Positions 1-10,738 of a DNA stretch of 64,000 bases are shown piece by piece. Below the pieces are notes generated by a model. It had not been told where the DNA came from. It did not search any database and saw only the letters and a program-made list of their open reading frames with translations. Source of the DNA: Fidelibacterota bacterium (GTDB lineage Bacteria; Fidelibacterota; Marinisomatia; Marinisomatales; JABMOV01). The first letter of the stretch is position 1; each line of letters opens with the position of its first letter. A program made the translations under genes and the position numbers. The stretch covers positions 1-64,000 of the forward strand of contig JBHHUC010000005.1 in NCBI GenBank assembly GCA_046861395.1, written 5' to 3'.

Positions 1-165
1 TGCGACGATAAATTGTTTCTGAGTCAGTTCCATATGTTATTATAATATTCTAATAGTAGAATATACATAAGGAAAATCTTTTACGGAAAGATCATTTCCC
101 TCCGTGAGGGCACCTTCCCGGCTGTACATTTATCCCCACATAATTTAAATGAAATCGGTGAAAAA

Positions 166-1332
166 ATGCCTAAAACAATAACGATTCTATCCTTGTTAAT
201 CCTCCTACTGTCCCTATCCTGCGATGACAAACAAAGCGTTGACCGCCGCCGGGGAGAATTGATTGAAGCGTCCGATACGCCATTATCATTACCCCTGTCA
301 CTCACTGCGTCCTGGTTTAATGATCTGGGATTGTCCGATGCCACGCTGCCGCAATATGACATCCAGGTTTACAGCATAACCTATTATACGGTAAATGCTG
401 ATGGTAAATCCGTCCCGGCCTCAGGCGCAGTCTATGTTCCTGTCAATACATCCGGACGATCTCTGCCTTTGCTCAGTATTCACCACGGCACAACTTTCGA
501 ACGCGACCAGGTAGCGTCCGTCAATGCCTATTACAATTCGGAAAGCATCTGGGCCGCCACCAACGGATTTCTGGTATCCTGTCCTGACGGACTGGGGTTA
601 GGTGTTTCGGAGGAAGTTCATCCCTACATCCTGGCCGAAGGATCGGCCACGGCAACCATCGATATGCTACGGGCTGTCAAAACTTTTGCCGGTGAAAACA
701 ATATTCCGCTCAATAATCAACTGTTCTTGGCCGGATATTCCGAAGGCGGCTACGTCACCATGGCTACCCATAAATTCATTGAAGAATATTATTCTGATGA
801 ATTCACTGTCACCGCCTCGGCGCCGATGGCCGGACCTTACGATGTGCGTCTGATGGCCGATCTGGTCCTGGACGGACCAACCTACGATAATCCGGGTTAT
901 TTCGGTTATATTTTTGTCGCATACCGTACCGTTTATAATCTGCCACCCATCAGCGATATCTTTCAGTCTCCCTACGCCGGGTACATAGACTTTCTGTACG
1001 ACGGATCGCACAGCGGAGGCGAAATCAATGATTCTCTTACCGTCGTTCTGAGCGATTTATTCACACCGGATTTTCTGTCGGACTTTCATGGTAATGGCGT
1101 CAGCGATTTGAAGGCGGCCTTGGATGAAAATGATGTTTCGCACTGGACAGCGACGGCCCCGGTTCATTTATTCCACGGCCTGGATGATATGACGGTACCT
1201 TATGCTATTTCTGTTGCCACCGCCGAAGTCATGTCCCTGCCCCTGGCTTCCTTTCCCGGTGATCACGGCGGTGCGGCCGTAGCCTGCCTCGATTCGGCCT
1301 TTGCCTGGCTGGAATCCTATGTTACACCATAA
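166..1332 (+). CDS. Secreted lipase / alpha-beta hydrolase, probable lipoprotein
   Basis: Lipobox-like LSLSC after a hydrophobic signal; HHGT motif, nucleophile elbow GYSEGG, C-terminal D (HGLDD) and H (GDHG) completing a triad. Confidence 0.85.
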   Translation: MPKTITILSLLILLLSLSCDDKQSVDRRRGELIEASDTPLSLPLSLTASWFNDLGLSDATLPQYDIQVYSITYYTVNADGKSVPASGAVYVPVNTSGRSLPLLSIHHGTTFERDQVASVNAYYNSESIWAATNGFLVSCPDGLGLGVSEEVHPYILAEGSATATIDMLRAVKTFAGENNIPLNNQLFLAGYSEGGYVTMATHKFIEEYYSDEFTVTASAPMAGPYDVRLMADLVLDGPTYDNPGYFGYIFVAYRTVYNLPPISDIFQSPYAGYIDFLYDGSHSGGEINDSLTVVLSDLFTPDFLSDFHGNGVSDLKAALDENDVSHWTATAPVHLFHGLDDMTVPYAISVATAEVMSLPLASFPGDHGGAAVACLDSAFAWLESYVTP

Positions 1333-1356
1333 TATCCTTATCCTGCAAAGAAGGAG

Positions 1357-4300
1357 ATGGTCATGCTAAATCTTTTCCTGATTGTTCTGATTTCCTTGGG
1401 CCAGGCGCAAATCACTAATTCATCCTGCTGCACCTTGCCGCAGGGAACGGACTCCGAAACCTCCGCTGTTCCGGACCAGACAGAGAAAAGAACAAAATCG
1501 TGGGATATCACTGCTCCTTTCGGTCCTATCCAGCCCTTCATGACAGATGTGACGGAAGGGACCTGGATGAGTTGCGATCTTTCGCCCGACGGCAGTACTA
1601 TTATTTTTGATTTATTGGGTAACATCTATCGCATGGCGGTTAGTGGCGGGCAGGCTGAAGCACTTACATCGGGACCGGCCTGGGATATCCAGCCTTCCTT
1701 CAGTCCCGATGGGCAAACAATTGTATATACTTCGGATCGGTCGGGTGGTGACAACATCTGGACCATGGATTTACAGGGTAATAACCCGACCCAAATCACC
1801 GATGAATCATTCCGGCTATTGAATAATCCCGTATATACACCCGATGGAAAACACATTGTCGCCCGTAAGCACTTTGTCAAATCCCGTTCGCTGGGTGCCG
1901 GCGAAATGTGGCTCTACCTGGCCAGTGGTAAGGGAAAGGGCTATTCCCTGACAAAAAAACGGGACTGGCAACATGATGCCGGGGAACCGGAGTTATCTCC
2001 GGATGGGAATTATCTTTACTATTCCCAAGATGTTAGCCCCGGAAAAACATTTCAGTATAATCGCGATCCATACCAGACGATTTATGCCATCAACCGATAT
2101 GACTTAAACACCGGTGAAACTGTCAGGATTACCGGTGGTCCGGGCGGGGCGGCCACACCTCAGATTTCACCCAACGGAGAATATCTGGCCTTTGTAAAGC
2201 GGATTGGCCTTAAAACCGTCCTGATGGTGCGGGATTTGGCCACGGGTACCGAGGAAATGGTCTTTGACAAGCTGAATCGGGACGCTCAGGAAACCTGGGC
2301 CATCTTCGGTGTTCATCCTGGTTTCAGTTGGTATCCTGATAATCGGCGCATCCTCATCACCGCCCGGGGTCATTTCTGGACGGTGGACACACGGACCAAA
2401 GCAGCATCGGAAATTCCTTTCACTGCGCATATCGAACAAACATTGACTCAACCGATAACATTTTCCCATGCCACCTGGACGCCGGAATTTCCGGTAAAGG
2501 CGCTCCGTAATCTCCGCGTCAGTCCCAATGGAGATCTGGTGGTATTTCAGGCCCTGGGTAGTCTCTGGGTAGCCGGTATTGACGGCTCTGACCGGAAGCG
2601 ACTCACCGACCCCGCAGAAGGCGTCGGCCTGGTTCCTACCTGGTCTCCCGACGGAAAGAAAATTGCTTTCTCATTTTGGTCGGATAAAAACAGCGGCAGC
2701 ATCCGGATCATATCCGCCCGGGGCAAGAGAGAACGAACGGTTGATCTTCCGCCGGGACATTTTGGTGACTTGGCCTGGTCTCCGAATGGAAAATATCTTC
2801 TCTACCGGCGTCAGGGGGGGCATTGGTCCCGGGGATTTGAACACAGCACCGAACCCGGTCTTTATCTTTTAGCACTGGAAAAAGGGGCTCAGCCTCTGCT
2901 CATCGCCCAATCAGCCCGGAAGCCCCGCTTTAATGGCAAGGGAGACCGCATTCTATATTTGGATCGGGAAGACGAAAATACCGTATTGGTAAGTGTCGAT
3001 CTTCGCGGTTTTGACCGGCATGTGTTGGCAACTTCCCGGTATGGAGACAATATAGTCCTTTCTCCGGATGAGAACTGGATCGCTTTTCATGAACGTTACC
3101 AACATTATGTAGCACCGTATTATCCCACCGGAAAAGCAGTTGAACTATCCCCGTCCATGTCGGCCGTCCCGGCCTTTCGTCTCACCGCCGATTCCGGCTT
3201 CAACCTGCAGTGGTCGCGGGACAGTAAAACCCTGTACTGGACCCTAGGTCCGAACCTTTTCCAGCGGCCCGTCAGCGATTGTTTCACCTTTGCAACCGGT
3301 GCTCCCGATTCCCTGCCGCCCCTCGATTCCGCGGGAGTAAATCTGAGCTGGCTGGAAAATGCCGATCAGCCGTCGGGCTTGCTGGCTCTTACTGGCGTCC
3401 GCATTATTACCATGGACCATGATCTGGTGATTGAAGATGGCACCATTATCATCCGTGACAACCGGATCGTCGCCCTGGGTCCCGTTGACAGTGTTACGGT
3501 TCCATCGTCTGCCATCATCATTTCCCTGCCGGGGAAAACCATTATTCCCGGACTGGTTGATGTACACGCACACATGGGTGTCAATTGGGATGGCATCCAA
3601 TCACAGCAACGATGGCAATATCTGGCCAACCTTGCCTTTGGCGTTACCACCACGCATGACCCTTCCAATGATACGGAACTGATCTTTGCCAATTCGGAAC
3701 GACAGAAAGCCGGTCTAATCCTGGCGCCCCGTATATTTTCCACCGGGACGATTCTTTACGGTGCCCAAACCTCTTTCACCGCTGAAATCAATTCGTTGGC
3801 CGAAGCTCGTTCCCATATCAAACGGATCAAGGCATTCGGTGGTTTTTCGGTGAAATCGTATAATCAACCTCGCCGGGAACAGCGGCAGCAAGTCCTGAAA
3901 GCCGCCCGCCAACTCCACATGTTAGTCTTTCCTGAAGGTGGTTCCACCTTCCAGCATAACATGAATATGATCGTGGATGGCCACACGGGAATCGAACATT
4001 CCATCCCCGTTTCTCCTCTTTATGATGATGTCATAAAGTTATTTGCTGCTTCCGGTGTGAGTTATACACCGACCCTGATTGTCAGTTATGGCGGCTTGTG
4101 GGGTGAAAATTACTGGTACCAACACCAGAAGGTATTTGAACACGAACATTTACAGCAGTTTATGCCACAGGTTCTGTTGGACCAGAAGCGCCGACGCATG
4201 ATGGTGGAAGATAATGATTATAATTTCATTGATAATGCCCGTGCGGCGAAAGCATTAGCCGGTGCCGGCGTAAAGGTGAACAACGGGGCCCATGGCCAGC

Positions 4301-4608
4301 TTCAGGGATTGGGCGCCCATTGGGAAATGTGGATGATGGTCCAGGGCGGAATGACACCGATGGAAGCCCTCACCGCCTCCACGCTGAACGGCGCTGCCTA
4401 TATCGGCATGGAACAGGACATCGGCAGTCTGGCGCCGGGTAAACTGGCAGACCTGGTGATTCTTGACAAAAATCCCCTGGAAGATATTCGTAACAGTGAT
4501 TCCGTAAGCATGGTCATGCTCAACGGACGGTTATATGATGCCATGACTTTGACACAAAAGTTCCCGGAAAAATCTAACTCTCCTTATCGCTGGTGGATGC
4601 AACGATGA
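1357..4608 (+). CDS. Amidohydrolase with N-terminal PD40/TolB-like beta-propeller repeats
   Basis: Signal peptide; many (F/W/L)SPDG repeats; metal motif PGLVDVHAH; C-terminal GSLAPGKLADLVILD; AAGGAG upstream. Confidence 0.9.
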   Translation: MVMLNLFLIVLISLGQAQITNSSCCTLPQGTDSETSAVPDQTEKRTKSWDITAPFGPIQPFMTDVTEGTWMSCDLSPDGSTIIFDLLGNIYRMAVSGGQAEALTSGPAWDIQPSFSPDGQTIVYTSDRSGGDNIWTMDLQGNNPTQITDESFRLLNNPVYTPDGKHIVARKHFVKSRSLGAGEMWLYLASGKGKGYSLTKKRDWQHDAGEPELSPDGNYLYYSQDVSPGKTFQYNRDPYQTIYAINRYDLNTGETVRITGGPGGAATPQISPNGEYLAFVKRIGLKTVLMVRDLATGTEEMVFDKLNRDAQETWAIFGVHPGFSWYPDNRRILITARGHFWTVDTRTKAASEIPFTAHIEQTLTQPITFSHATWTPEFPVKALRNLRVSPNGDLVVFQALGSLWVAGIDGSDRKRLTDPAEGVGLVPTWSPDGKKIAFSFWSDKNSGSIRIISARGKRERTVDLPPGHFGDLAWSPNGKYLLYRRQGGHWSRGFEHSTEPGLYLLALEKGAQPLLIAQSARKPRFNGKGDRILYLDREDENTVLVSVDLRGFDRHVLATSRYGDNIVLSPDENWIAFHERYQHYVAPYYPTGKAVELSPSMSAVPAFRLTADSGFNLQWSRDSKTLYWTLGPNLFQRPVSDCFTFATGAPDSLPPLDSAGVNLSWLENADQPSGLLALTGVRIITMDHDLVIEDGTIIIRDNRIVALGPVDSVTVPSSAIIISLPGKTIIPGLVDVHAHMGVNWDGIQSQQRWQYLANLAFGVTTTHDPSNDTELIFANSERQKAGLILAPRIFSTGTILYGAQTSFTAEINSLAEARSHIKRIKAFGGFSVKSYNQPRREQRQQVLKAARQLHMLVFPEGGSTFQHNMNMIVDGHTGIEHSIPVSPLYDDVIKLFAASGVSYTPTLIVSYGGLWGENYWYQHQKVFEHEHLQQFMPQVLLDQKRRRMMVEDNDYNFIDNARAAKALAGAGVKVNNGAHGQLQGLGAHWEMWMMVQGGMTPMEALTASTLNGAAYIGMEQDIGSLAPGKLADLVILDKNPLEDIRNSDSVSMVMLNGRLYDAMTLTQKFPEKSNSPYRWWMQR

Positions 4609-5279
4609 AGGTAATCATTACCGGTGCCACCGGCATGGTGGGAAAGGGTGTATTGCTGGAATGTCTGGAGACAGAATCTGTTGCGGCTGTCCTGGCCGTC
4701 AATCGTAATTCCCTGGATATTGCTCACCCCAAGCTGAAACAGGTTCTCCTGGAAGATTTCAGCCAGCCCGAGACCATTAAAGACAACCTCTCCGGTTATG
4801 ACGCTTGTTTTTACTGCATGGGCATTTCCTCCTTCGGTCTGAATGAAGAATCCTATACCCTGGTCACCTATGACATGACCAAATCCTTCGCCACCCTGCT
4901 TCACGAACTGAACCCGGACATGATATTCAATTATGTTTCCGGGTCGGGCACGGATAGTTCCGAAAAAGGCAAGATCATGTGGGCGCGGGTGAAAGGACGG
5001 ACTGAAAACATGGTTTTGAACATGGGCTTTAAGGATGCCTACGCCTTTCGCCCGGGACTGATTTTACCCGTAAAAGGGGTTAAGTCGAAAACTGCTTGGT
5101 ATAATGCCTTTTATGTCGCCGCACGTCCCCTTTTTCCTTTACTGATCCGTTTGAATTCTGTCACAACCAGCGCAGCCGTGGGCCAGGCCATGATTGCCTC
5201 AGTGCTTCATCCTGTCAACAAGAAACACCTTGAAAACCGGGATATAAACGAATTGGCTCTAACCCTAAATCCCAAATAG
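4605..5279 (+). CDS. NAD-dependent epimerase/dehydratase-like (atypical SDR) protein
   Basis: Rossmann motif IITGATGMVG at the N-terminus; start placed at ATG 4605, which overlaps the upstream stop (ATGA). Confidence 0.85.
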   Translation: MKVIITGATGMVGKGVLLECLETESVAAVLAVNRNSLDIAHPKLKQVLLEDFSQPETIKDNLSGYDACFYCMGISSFGLNEESYTLVTYDMTKSFATLLHELNPDMIFNYVSGSGTDSSEKGKIMWARVKGRTENMVLNMGFKDAYAFRPGLILPVKGVKSKTAWYNAFYVAARPLFPLLIRLNSVTTSAAVGQAMIASVLHPVNKKHLENRDINELALTLNPK

Positions 5280-5284
5280 GCTGT

Positions 5285-5677
5285 ATGAATCCCATTCTCA
5301 TCATGGCGGGTATTATCGCCGTTGTGGCAGTTGTCACGACGGTGTTTGCCCTTAATCATTATCGCAAAGAACAAAAGCTTCGTCACCAGTATCCTGGGTT
5401 TCCCAAAGGGTACTGGATGAGTCAGGGCATGGGTATTGGCGTGGCACTTGGGGCCGGAATAGGGGTTGCGTTGGGCAATCTTGCCATTGGGATCGGCGTG
5501 GGTATCGCCATCGGAGCTGGTATTGGATCTGCCAATGAAAAGAAACATGCCCATGAGACGCGGCCTGCCACGCCGGAGGAACTGGTCTTGCGCCGTCAGG
5601 CTATGCGGTTTATGCTTGGGATATTTTTAGCAGGACTGGTTGTTTTACTGCTCTTGTTTTTATTTCTGAGGGAATAG
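5285..5677 (+). CDS. Small membrane protein with glycine zipper
   Basis: Hydrophobic segments and GxxxG repeats (GMGIGVALGAGIGVALGNLAIGIGVGIAIGAGIG); 5 bp after the previous gene. Confidence 0.75.
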   Translation: MNPILIMAGIIAVVAVVTTVFALNHYRKEQKLRHQYPGFPKGYWMSQGMGIGVALGAGIGVALGNLAIGIGVGIAIGAGIGSANEKKHAHETRPATPEELVLRRQAMRFMLGIFLAGLVVLLLLFLFLRE

Positions 5678-5728
5678 CCTGTTGACCACAAAGTCTTCCT
5701 ATCGTACATTAAATTTGGGAGTTATATC

Positions 5729-8554
5729 ATGACAAAACGATTATCAATTGTTCTCTTGTGCCTCACGTATGCTTGTGTCCCTCCGGAACCTGTGCCTGTA
5801 TCTGAATCAATGAGAGAAACTTCGTCCGTATTACCAATCGATCCAGCGGTTCGCATCGGACATCTTGAAAATGGATTGACCTATTATATTCGTACCAATT
5901 CCGAACCGGAAAACCGTGCTGAACTCCGCCTGGTCGTGAATGCCGGATCTGTTCTTGAGGATGATGATCAGCAGGGACTGGCCCACCTCCTGGAGCACAT
6001 GGCGTTTAACGGTACCAATCATTTTGAGAAACAGCAATTAGTCGATTACCTGGAATCTATCGGAACCAAATTCGGTCCCGACCTGAATGCCTACACCAGT
6101 TTCGATCAAACCGTCTATATGCTGAAGGTACCTACCGATAGTCTCGATCAGCTGGCAACCGCCTTCCAGATTTTGGAAGACTGGGCCCACAACATTACCC
6201 TGGATCCGGAAGAAATTGACAAGGAACGGGGCGTTGTGCATGAAGAATGGCGGCTGGGGCGCGGTGCCCAGGCCCGTATGCGGGATAAACAGTTTCCCAT
6301 CCTGTTCAAAGATTCCCAATATGCCAAACGCCTGCCCATCGGTCAGTATGATGTTATCGATACGGCCCATTATGAAACCATCCGGCGTTTTTATCGGGAC
6401 TGGTACCGTCCCGACCTCATGGCTATAATGGCCGTCGGTGATTTCGATCCGGGCTGGGTCGAGGAAAAAATCATTTCCCATTTCAACGGATTGACTAATC
6501 CACAACCGGAACGGGAACGCATTTATTTCCCCGTGCCGAATCATGATGAAGAACTGGTTGCCACGGCCACGGACCCGGAAGCAACCATGACGTTCGCTTC
6601 ATTGTATATCAAACGCGATCCGGTCAGGCCTGTGACCGTAACGGATTACCGGGATATATTAATCCACGATCTTTTGTCGGAAATGTTAAACGCCCGGCTG
6701 GAAGAACGAACCCGGGAATCCGATCCGCCTTTTATTTTTGGTTTTACAGGGCAGGGTTCTTTCGTCCGCACCAAGAATATTGTTTACCTGGGGGCCGCCA
6801 TGTCTAGCGACAAAATCGTCACCGGCCTGCGGGCTCTGCTCGAAGAAGTGGAACGGGCCCGGCGATTTGGCTTTACTCAAACGGAATTGGAGCGGGAAAA
6901 GGCCGAGCAAATGAAATGGATTGAAAAAACTTATAATGATCGGGAAAACATTTCGTCCCGACGGCTGGTCAATCAATATATCAATCATTTTCTTTTGGAA
7001 GAACCGGTGCCGGGAATTGAAAATGATTATGCCCTTTACAAGATGCTGTTGCCGGACATATCCCTGGATGAAGTCAATGCCGCCGTACCGGAAACCTATA
7101 CCCGCGGCAATAATGTGTTCATGATTAATGCCCCGGAAAAAGAAGGTGTTTCCATTCCAGACGACCAGGAGATCCTGGTCCTGAGTGACGATGTTGCCAC
7201 CATGGACATCACCCCTTATGTCGACAATGTCAGCGATGAACCGCTGATTGCCAATACTCTGGCGAACGGTACTATTATACAGGACACCGTCTATGACAAT
7301 GTGGGAATCAAGGAATGGACCCTGTCCAATGGTGTGAAAGTACAATTCAAGGTCACCGATTTTAAGAATGATGAAATACTCTTTTCCGCTCAGAGTCCCG
7401 GCGGACATTCTCTTACCAGCGACAGTAATTTCCTTTCGGCCGCCTATGCCACCGCCATTATCACTTCCTCCGGCCTGGCCCAGTTCGATGTCAACACATT
7501 CAAGAAGAAAATGAGCGGAAAAGTCGTATCGGTGCGACCCTGGATCTCCAATCTCCAGGAAGGACTGTCCGGCAATACCCGTCCCGAAGATCTGGAAACA
7601 TTAATGCAAATCATCTATCTATATTTCACACAACCGCGGGCTGATTCTGTCGGTTTCAATGCTTTCCTCCAATTGCAGCGCGGCGTACTGGAAAACCGGT
7701 CGGCCAGTCCAGAGGCAGCTTATCGTGATACGCTGAATGTTACCTTGGCTAACTATCACTCCCGGCGACGACCCATGACAATTAAACGATTGCAGGAAAT
7801 CAATCTAGATTCCGCATTTTCCTTCTATGTGGATCGTTTTCGTGATGCTTCTGATTTTACCTTTTTCTTTGTAGGGGCCATCGATACGGCTGTATTTCGG
7901 CCCCTGGTGGAATATTACCTGGGCAGCCTGCCCGCTTTCTCCCGCAGGGAAACCTGGCGGGATATCGGCGTTCGAACCCCGGAGAATACGGTTAAGAAGG
8001 CTATTTACCGCGGCGTTGAACCAAAGAGTCTCACGACCATTTCCTTCTCGGCGCCCTTTGACTGGACACCCTATAATGAGTTCATCCTGAAATCGTCAGT
8101 CCAGGCCATGCGAATCAAATTGCGGGAAGTCCTGCGGGAAGACCAGAGCGGAACCTATGGCGTCCGCCTGTCCGCCGGGGCCACGCATTATCCCATCGAG
8201 CAGGCCCAGCTGACCATCTCATTCGGCGCTGACCCGGATCGGATTGACACCCTGACCACCATTGTATTTGACCAGATCGACAGCCTGAAACAATTCGGAC
8301 TCTCCGATAAATATGTGAAAAAAGTCCGGGAAATCCTGCGCCGGGAACGGGAAACCAATCTCAGGAAAAACCGCTTCTGGCTGGGCACCATGCGTTCATT
8401 CACTTTTCATGGCCGGGATTATTCTGATTTCGACGACTATGATGAATGGATCGCCGGTTTTTCGTCCGACCATATCCGGGAAACCGTCAACGCCCTGTTT
8501 ACCGATCGTTATGTCCGGGTGACACTTTACCCCGAAAACGGAGAGAGTCCCTGA
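5729..8554 (+). CDS. M16 (insulinase/PqqL-like) zinc peptidase, probable lipoprotein
   Basis: Inverted zincin HLLEH, NAYTSFD, ERGVVHEE, second-half LSNG and LRE..SGTYG motifs; N-terminal LTYAC. Confidence 0.93.
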   Translation: MTKRLSIVLLCLTYACVPPEPVPVSESMRETSSVLPIDPAVRIGHLENGLTYYIRTNSEPENRAELRLVVNAGSVLEDDDQQGLAHLLEHMAFNGTNHFEKQQLVDYLESIGTKFGPDLNAYTSFDQTVYMLKVPTDSLDQLATAFQILEDWAHNITLDPEEIDKERGVVHEEWRLGRGAQARMRDKQFPILFKDSQYAKRLPIGQYDVIDTAHYETIRRFYRDWYRPDLMAIMAVGDFDPGWVEEKIISHFNGLTNPQPERERIYFPVPNHDEELVATATDPEATMTFASLYIKRDPVRPVTVTDYRDILIHDLLSEMLNARLEERTRESDPPFIFGFTGQGSFVRTKNIVYLGAAMSSDKIVTGLRALLEEVERARRFGFTQTELEREKAEQMKWIEKTYNDRENISSRRLVNQYINHFLLEEPVPGIENDYALYKMLLPDISLDEVNAAVPETYTRGNNVFMINAPEKEGVSIPDDQEILVLSDDVATMDITPYVDNVSDEPLIANTLANGTIIQDTVYDNVGIKEWTLSNGVKVQFKVTDFKNDEILFSAQSPGGHSLTSDSNFLSAAYATAIITSSGLAQFDVNTFKKKMSGKVVSVRPWISNLQEGLSGNTRPEDLETLMQIIYLYFTQPRADSVGFNAFLQLQRGVLENRSASPEAAYRDTLNVTLANYHSRRRPMTIKRLQEINLDSAFSFYVDRFRDASDFTFFFVGAIDTAVFRPLVEYYLGSLPAFSRRETWRDIGVRTPENTVKKAIYRGVEPKSLTTISFSAPFDWTPYNEFILKSSVQAMRIKLREVLREDQSGTYGVRLSAGATHYPIEQAQLTISFGADPDRIDTLTTIVFDQIDSLKQFGLSDKYVKKVREILRRERETNLRKNRFWLGTMRSFTFHGRDYSDFDDYDEWIAGFSSDHIRETVNALFTDRYVRVTLYPENGESP

Positions 8555-8572
8555 TCAGGAAGGAAACGGCTC

Positions 8573-9205
8573 ATGGCATTAGCAGGTGCTTCTTCAATCC
8601 GGGAACTGGAGGAACGATATGACCTGATCGCTCCCTGGTTTCCTCTCTGGGTACGGATTCTGGAATACCGGACGCGGCTTTGGGAAATCCGACAATTACC
8701 GGTATCCGATAGCCTGATCATATCTCCTCCCGGCGACCCTTTTCTCGGATTGTTATTGAAAACTAATACCGGTCGCTCTTCGTACCTCTGCCTTTCCCCG
8801 ACACTGGAAAAACGAGTAAAGCGTTATTGTGCCCAAAAGCATCTCTCCGGTCTACATCTGATCCGGGGTTATTCCCTGCCATTCGCCATACCCGACAATC
8901 ATTTTGATGCCGTTTTCGCCAATTGCCTCTTTGATTTCTGTGACGATTCCCTTTTGTCCGTGTTGCTGGCGGAAAGCCTGCGTATTCTGAAACCCGAAGG
9001 TCGGTTGTATCTTGTTTTAATGGATCAGCCCCGGACCCTGATGGGAACCGGGTGGCAATGGGTGTTTACTCATTTTCCCCGTCTCAGCGGAGGCTGCCAT
9101 CCCGTTGCCAGCCTCCCTCCGGCAAAAAGGTACACGATCCACACCGGTGAGCGATGGACTCGTTTCGGTTTTCCGCTGGGATTATTCATCCTGAAAAAAC
9201 GGTAA
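8573..9205 (+). CDS. Class I SAM-dependent methyltransferase-like protein (divergent)
   Basis: PDNHFDAVFANCLFDF and LRILKPEGRL are typical later motifs; no clear glycine-rich motif I. Confidence 0.6.
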   Translation: MALAGASSIRELEERYDLIAPWFPLWVRILEYRTRLWEIRQLPVSDSLIISPPGDPFLGLLLKTNTGRSSYLCLSPTLEKRVKRYCAQKHLSGLHLIRGYSLPFAIPDNHFDAVFANCLFDFCDDSLLSVLLAESLRILKPEGRLYLVLMDQPRTLMGTGWQWVFTHFPRLSGGCHPVASLPPAKRYTIHTGERWTRFGFPLGLFILKKR

Positions 9206-9254
9206 ATAATAAATTCCCACTGTTTCGCTTTACACAAAAACAGTAGGTTAAACC

Positions 9255-9692
9255 ATGTCAATTTCTATCCGCAACATGCGAAACGTCCTGATTTACTATT
9301 ATGCGACTTTGCAAACATTGCATTTGCTGGCCCTGTTGCAGGCCGGTCGGGAATATTTAACAACCGGACAAATCGGTTTTCCGGCCGCAACGGTTACGAC
9401 TTGGTCGGCGGATGCGATTCCTTTTCTGGTCGGAACCGCCATTCTGGACCTTCTCATGATTCCCCTGGCCTGGGTCCTGGTGTGGTGTCTTATCAAACGG
9501 GATCCCCGGGAACGAATTGTTGAAACCGTCGCTCTTACCGGGTCGCTGTATTCCGCCGGAATCTTCCTGCTGGGGACCTGGCCTTCCGGCGCCTGGCAGG
9601 CTCATCCCCAGGCCTACGGCCTGCTGGCCATTTTGTTCAGTCCCGTAATTCTCTTGGTTATCCTGGAACTATGGTGGAGGAAAAACCCATGA
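9255..9692 (+). CDS. Hypothetical membrane protein (about 4 TM)
   Basis: Four hydrophobic stretches; co-oriented with neighbours. Confidence 0.65.
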   Translation: MSISIRNMRNVLIYYYATLQTLHLLALLQAGREYLTTGQIGFPAATVTTWSADAIPFLVGTAILDLLMIPLAWVLVWCLIKRDPRERIVETVALTGSLYSAGIFLLGTWPSGAWQAHPQAYGLLAILFSPVILLVILELWWRKNP

Positions 9693-10027
9693 CAATGGAT
9701 CTCTTTTATACTTCCCTGGCGGAAACGGCCAAGGCCTGGCTCTATGTCTTCTTCATCCTGCTGATCTTTTTTGCCCTCTGGCAGCGAAAGCAGGGTCGAC
9801 CCGGCTGGAGGAACTGGATCCACGCTATCATTCTCATCAACTTTATCATCGGTGGTCTCTACTGTGGGCTGCGCATGCTTACCACCGATCCTATGACCGA
9901 TATGATCGTACGGCGCATGTTTGCCTGGGAAGCGTGGTTTTGTTTCGGCGGTGCCAGTTTCTACTTTCTGGGTCTCACATTTTTAAGTTATATAAAGCAG
10001 GGGCATTCCGGGTCCGAAAACGGTTAA
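9689..10027 (+). CDS. Hypothetical membrane protein (about 3 TM)
   Basis: Three hydrophobic stretches; ATG 9689 overlaps the upstream TGA and has GGAGG upstream (ORF track start 9671). Confidence 0.65.
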   Translation: MTMDLFYTSLAETAKAWLYVFFILLIFFALWQRKQGRPGWRNWIHAIILINFIIGGLYCGLRMLTTDPMTDMIVRRMFAWEAWFCFGGASFYFLGLTFLSYIKQGHSGSENG

Positions 10028-10134
10028 ATTTCCCGACAACTTTTCCTGAGACCAGAACCAACATGTGGAGCGTTTCTACTCCGAATGTGTTTTGAATCAT
10101 TACCAATGACCATTTTATCAGATAAGGAATAATT

Positions 10135-10626
10135 ATGGAAAATATTCTCATCAATCAATCGGTGGCCATCCTTTGTGATGGAAATAACATTGAACGCAGC
10201 ATCCATGAATTATCGGGGACTAAAAATGCCATGATAAATTTTGACATGCTGATTCCCAAATTACTGAATGACCGCGGCCTGAACCGCTTATTATACTTCC
10301 GGGAAGGGAAGTCCATTTCATCCAAATTTGCTGAACGGCTCCATGAAAACTATTATGGGTCTGTCATCCCGTGCCATAAATCGGCTGATATTCCACTCTC
10401 AATCAAGGCTACCCAACTGGCCTCCAAGGTGGATACCATTATTATCATGTCCGGTGATTCCGACTACGTGGATCTAGTTTCACATTTAAAGGGGGAAGGG
10501 GTTCGCGTGGAAATTGCTGCCGTGAAACAGACCACGGCCCGGGTCCTGGTGGAAGAAGCAGACTATTTCCACGAAATCACTAAGGAAGACTGGTTTATAT
10601 ACAAAGCACCGCGGAAGCAGAGATAA
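10135..10626 (+). CDS. NYN domain (LabA/DUF88, PIN-like) protein
   Basis: Conserved acidic motifs ILCDGNN, KSADI, MSGDSDY, then GVRVE and ADYF. Confidence 0.9.
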   Translation: MENILINQSVAILCDGNNIERSIHELSGTKNAMINFDMLIPKLLNDRGLNRLLYFREGKSISSKFAERLHENYYGSVIPCHKSADIPLSIKATQLASKVDTIIIMSGDSDYVDLVSHLKGEGVRVEIAAVKQTTARVLVEEADYFHEITKEDWFIYKAPRKQR

Positions 10627-10738
10627 ACCAAAGCGTTAAACGTGGGAAACGATTCTAAAAAGCCCAACGGACAGCTTTCCAGTGCCATGCCTGTGGGTAT
10701 TTACATGACTTTGTCTGAATTCATGGGGCAGAAGATAT

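Noticed and set aside
6686..7408. 240-aa minus-strand ORF
   Set aside because: Entirely antisense to the M16 peptidase, with no recognisable motif.
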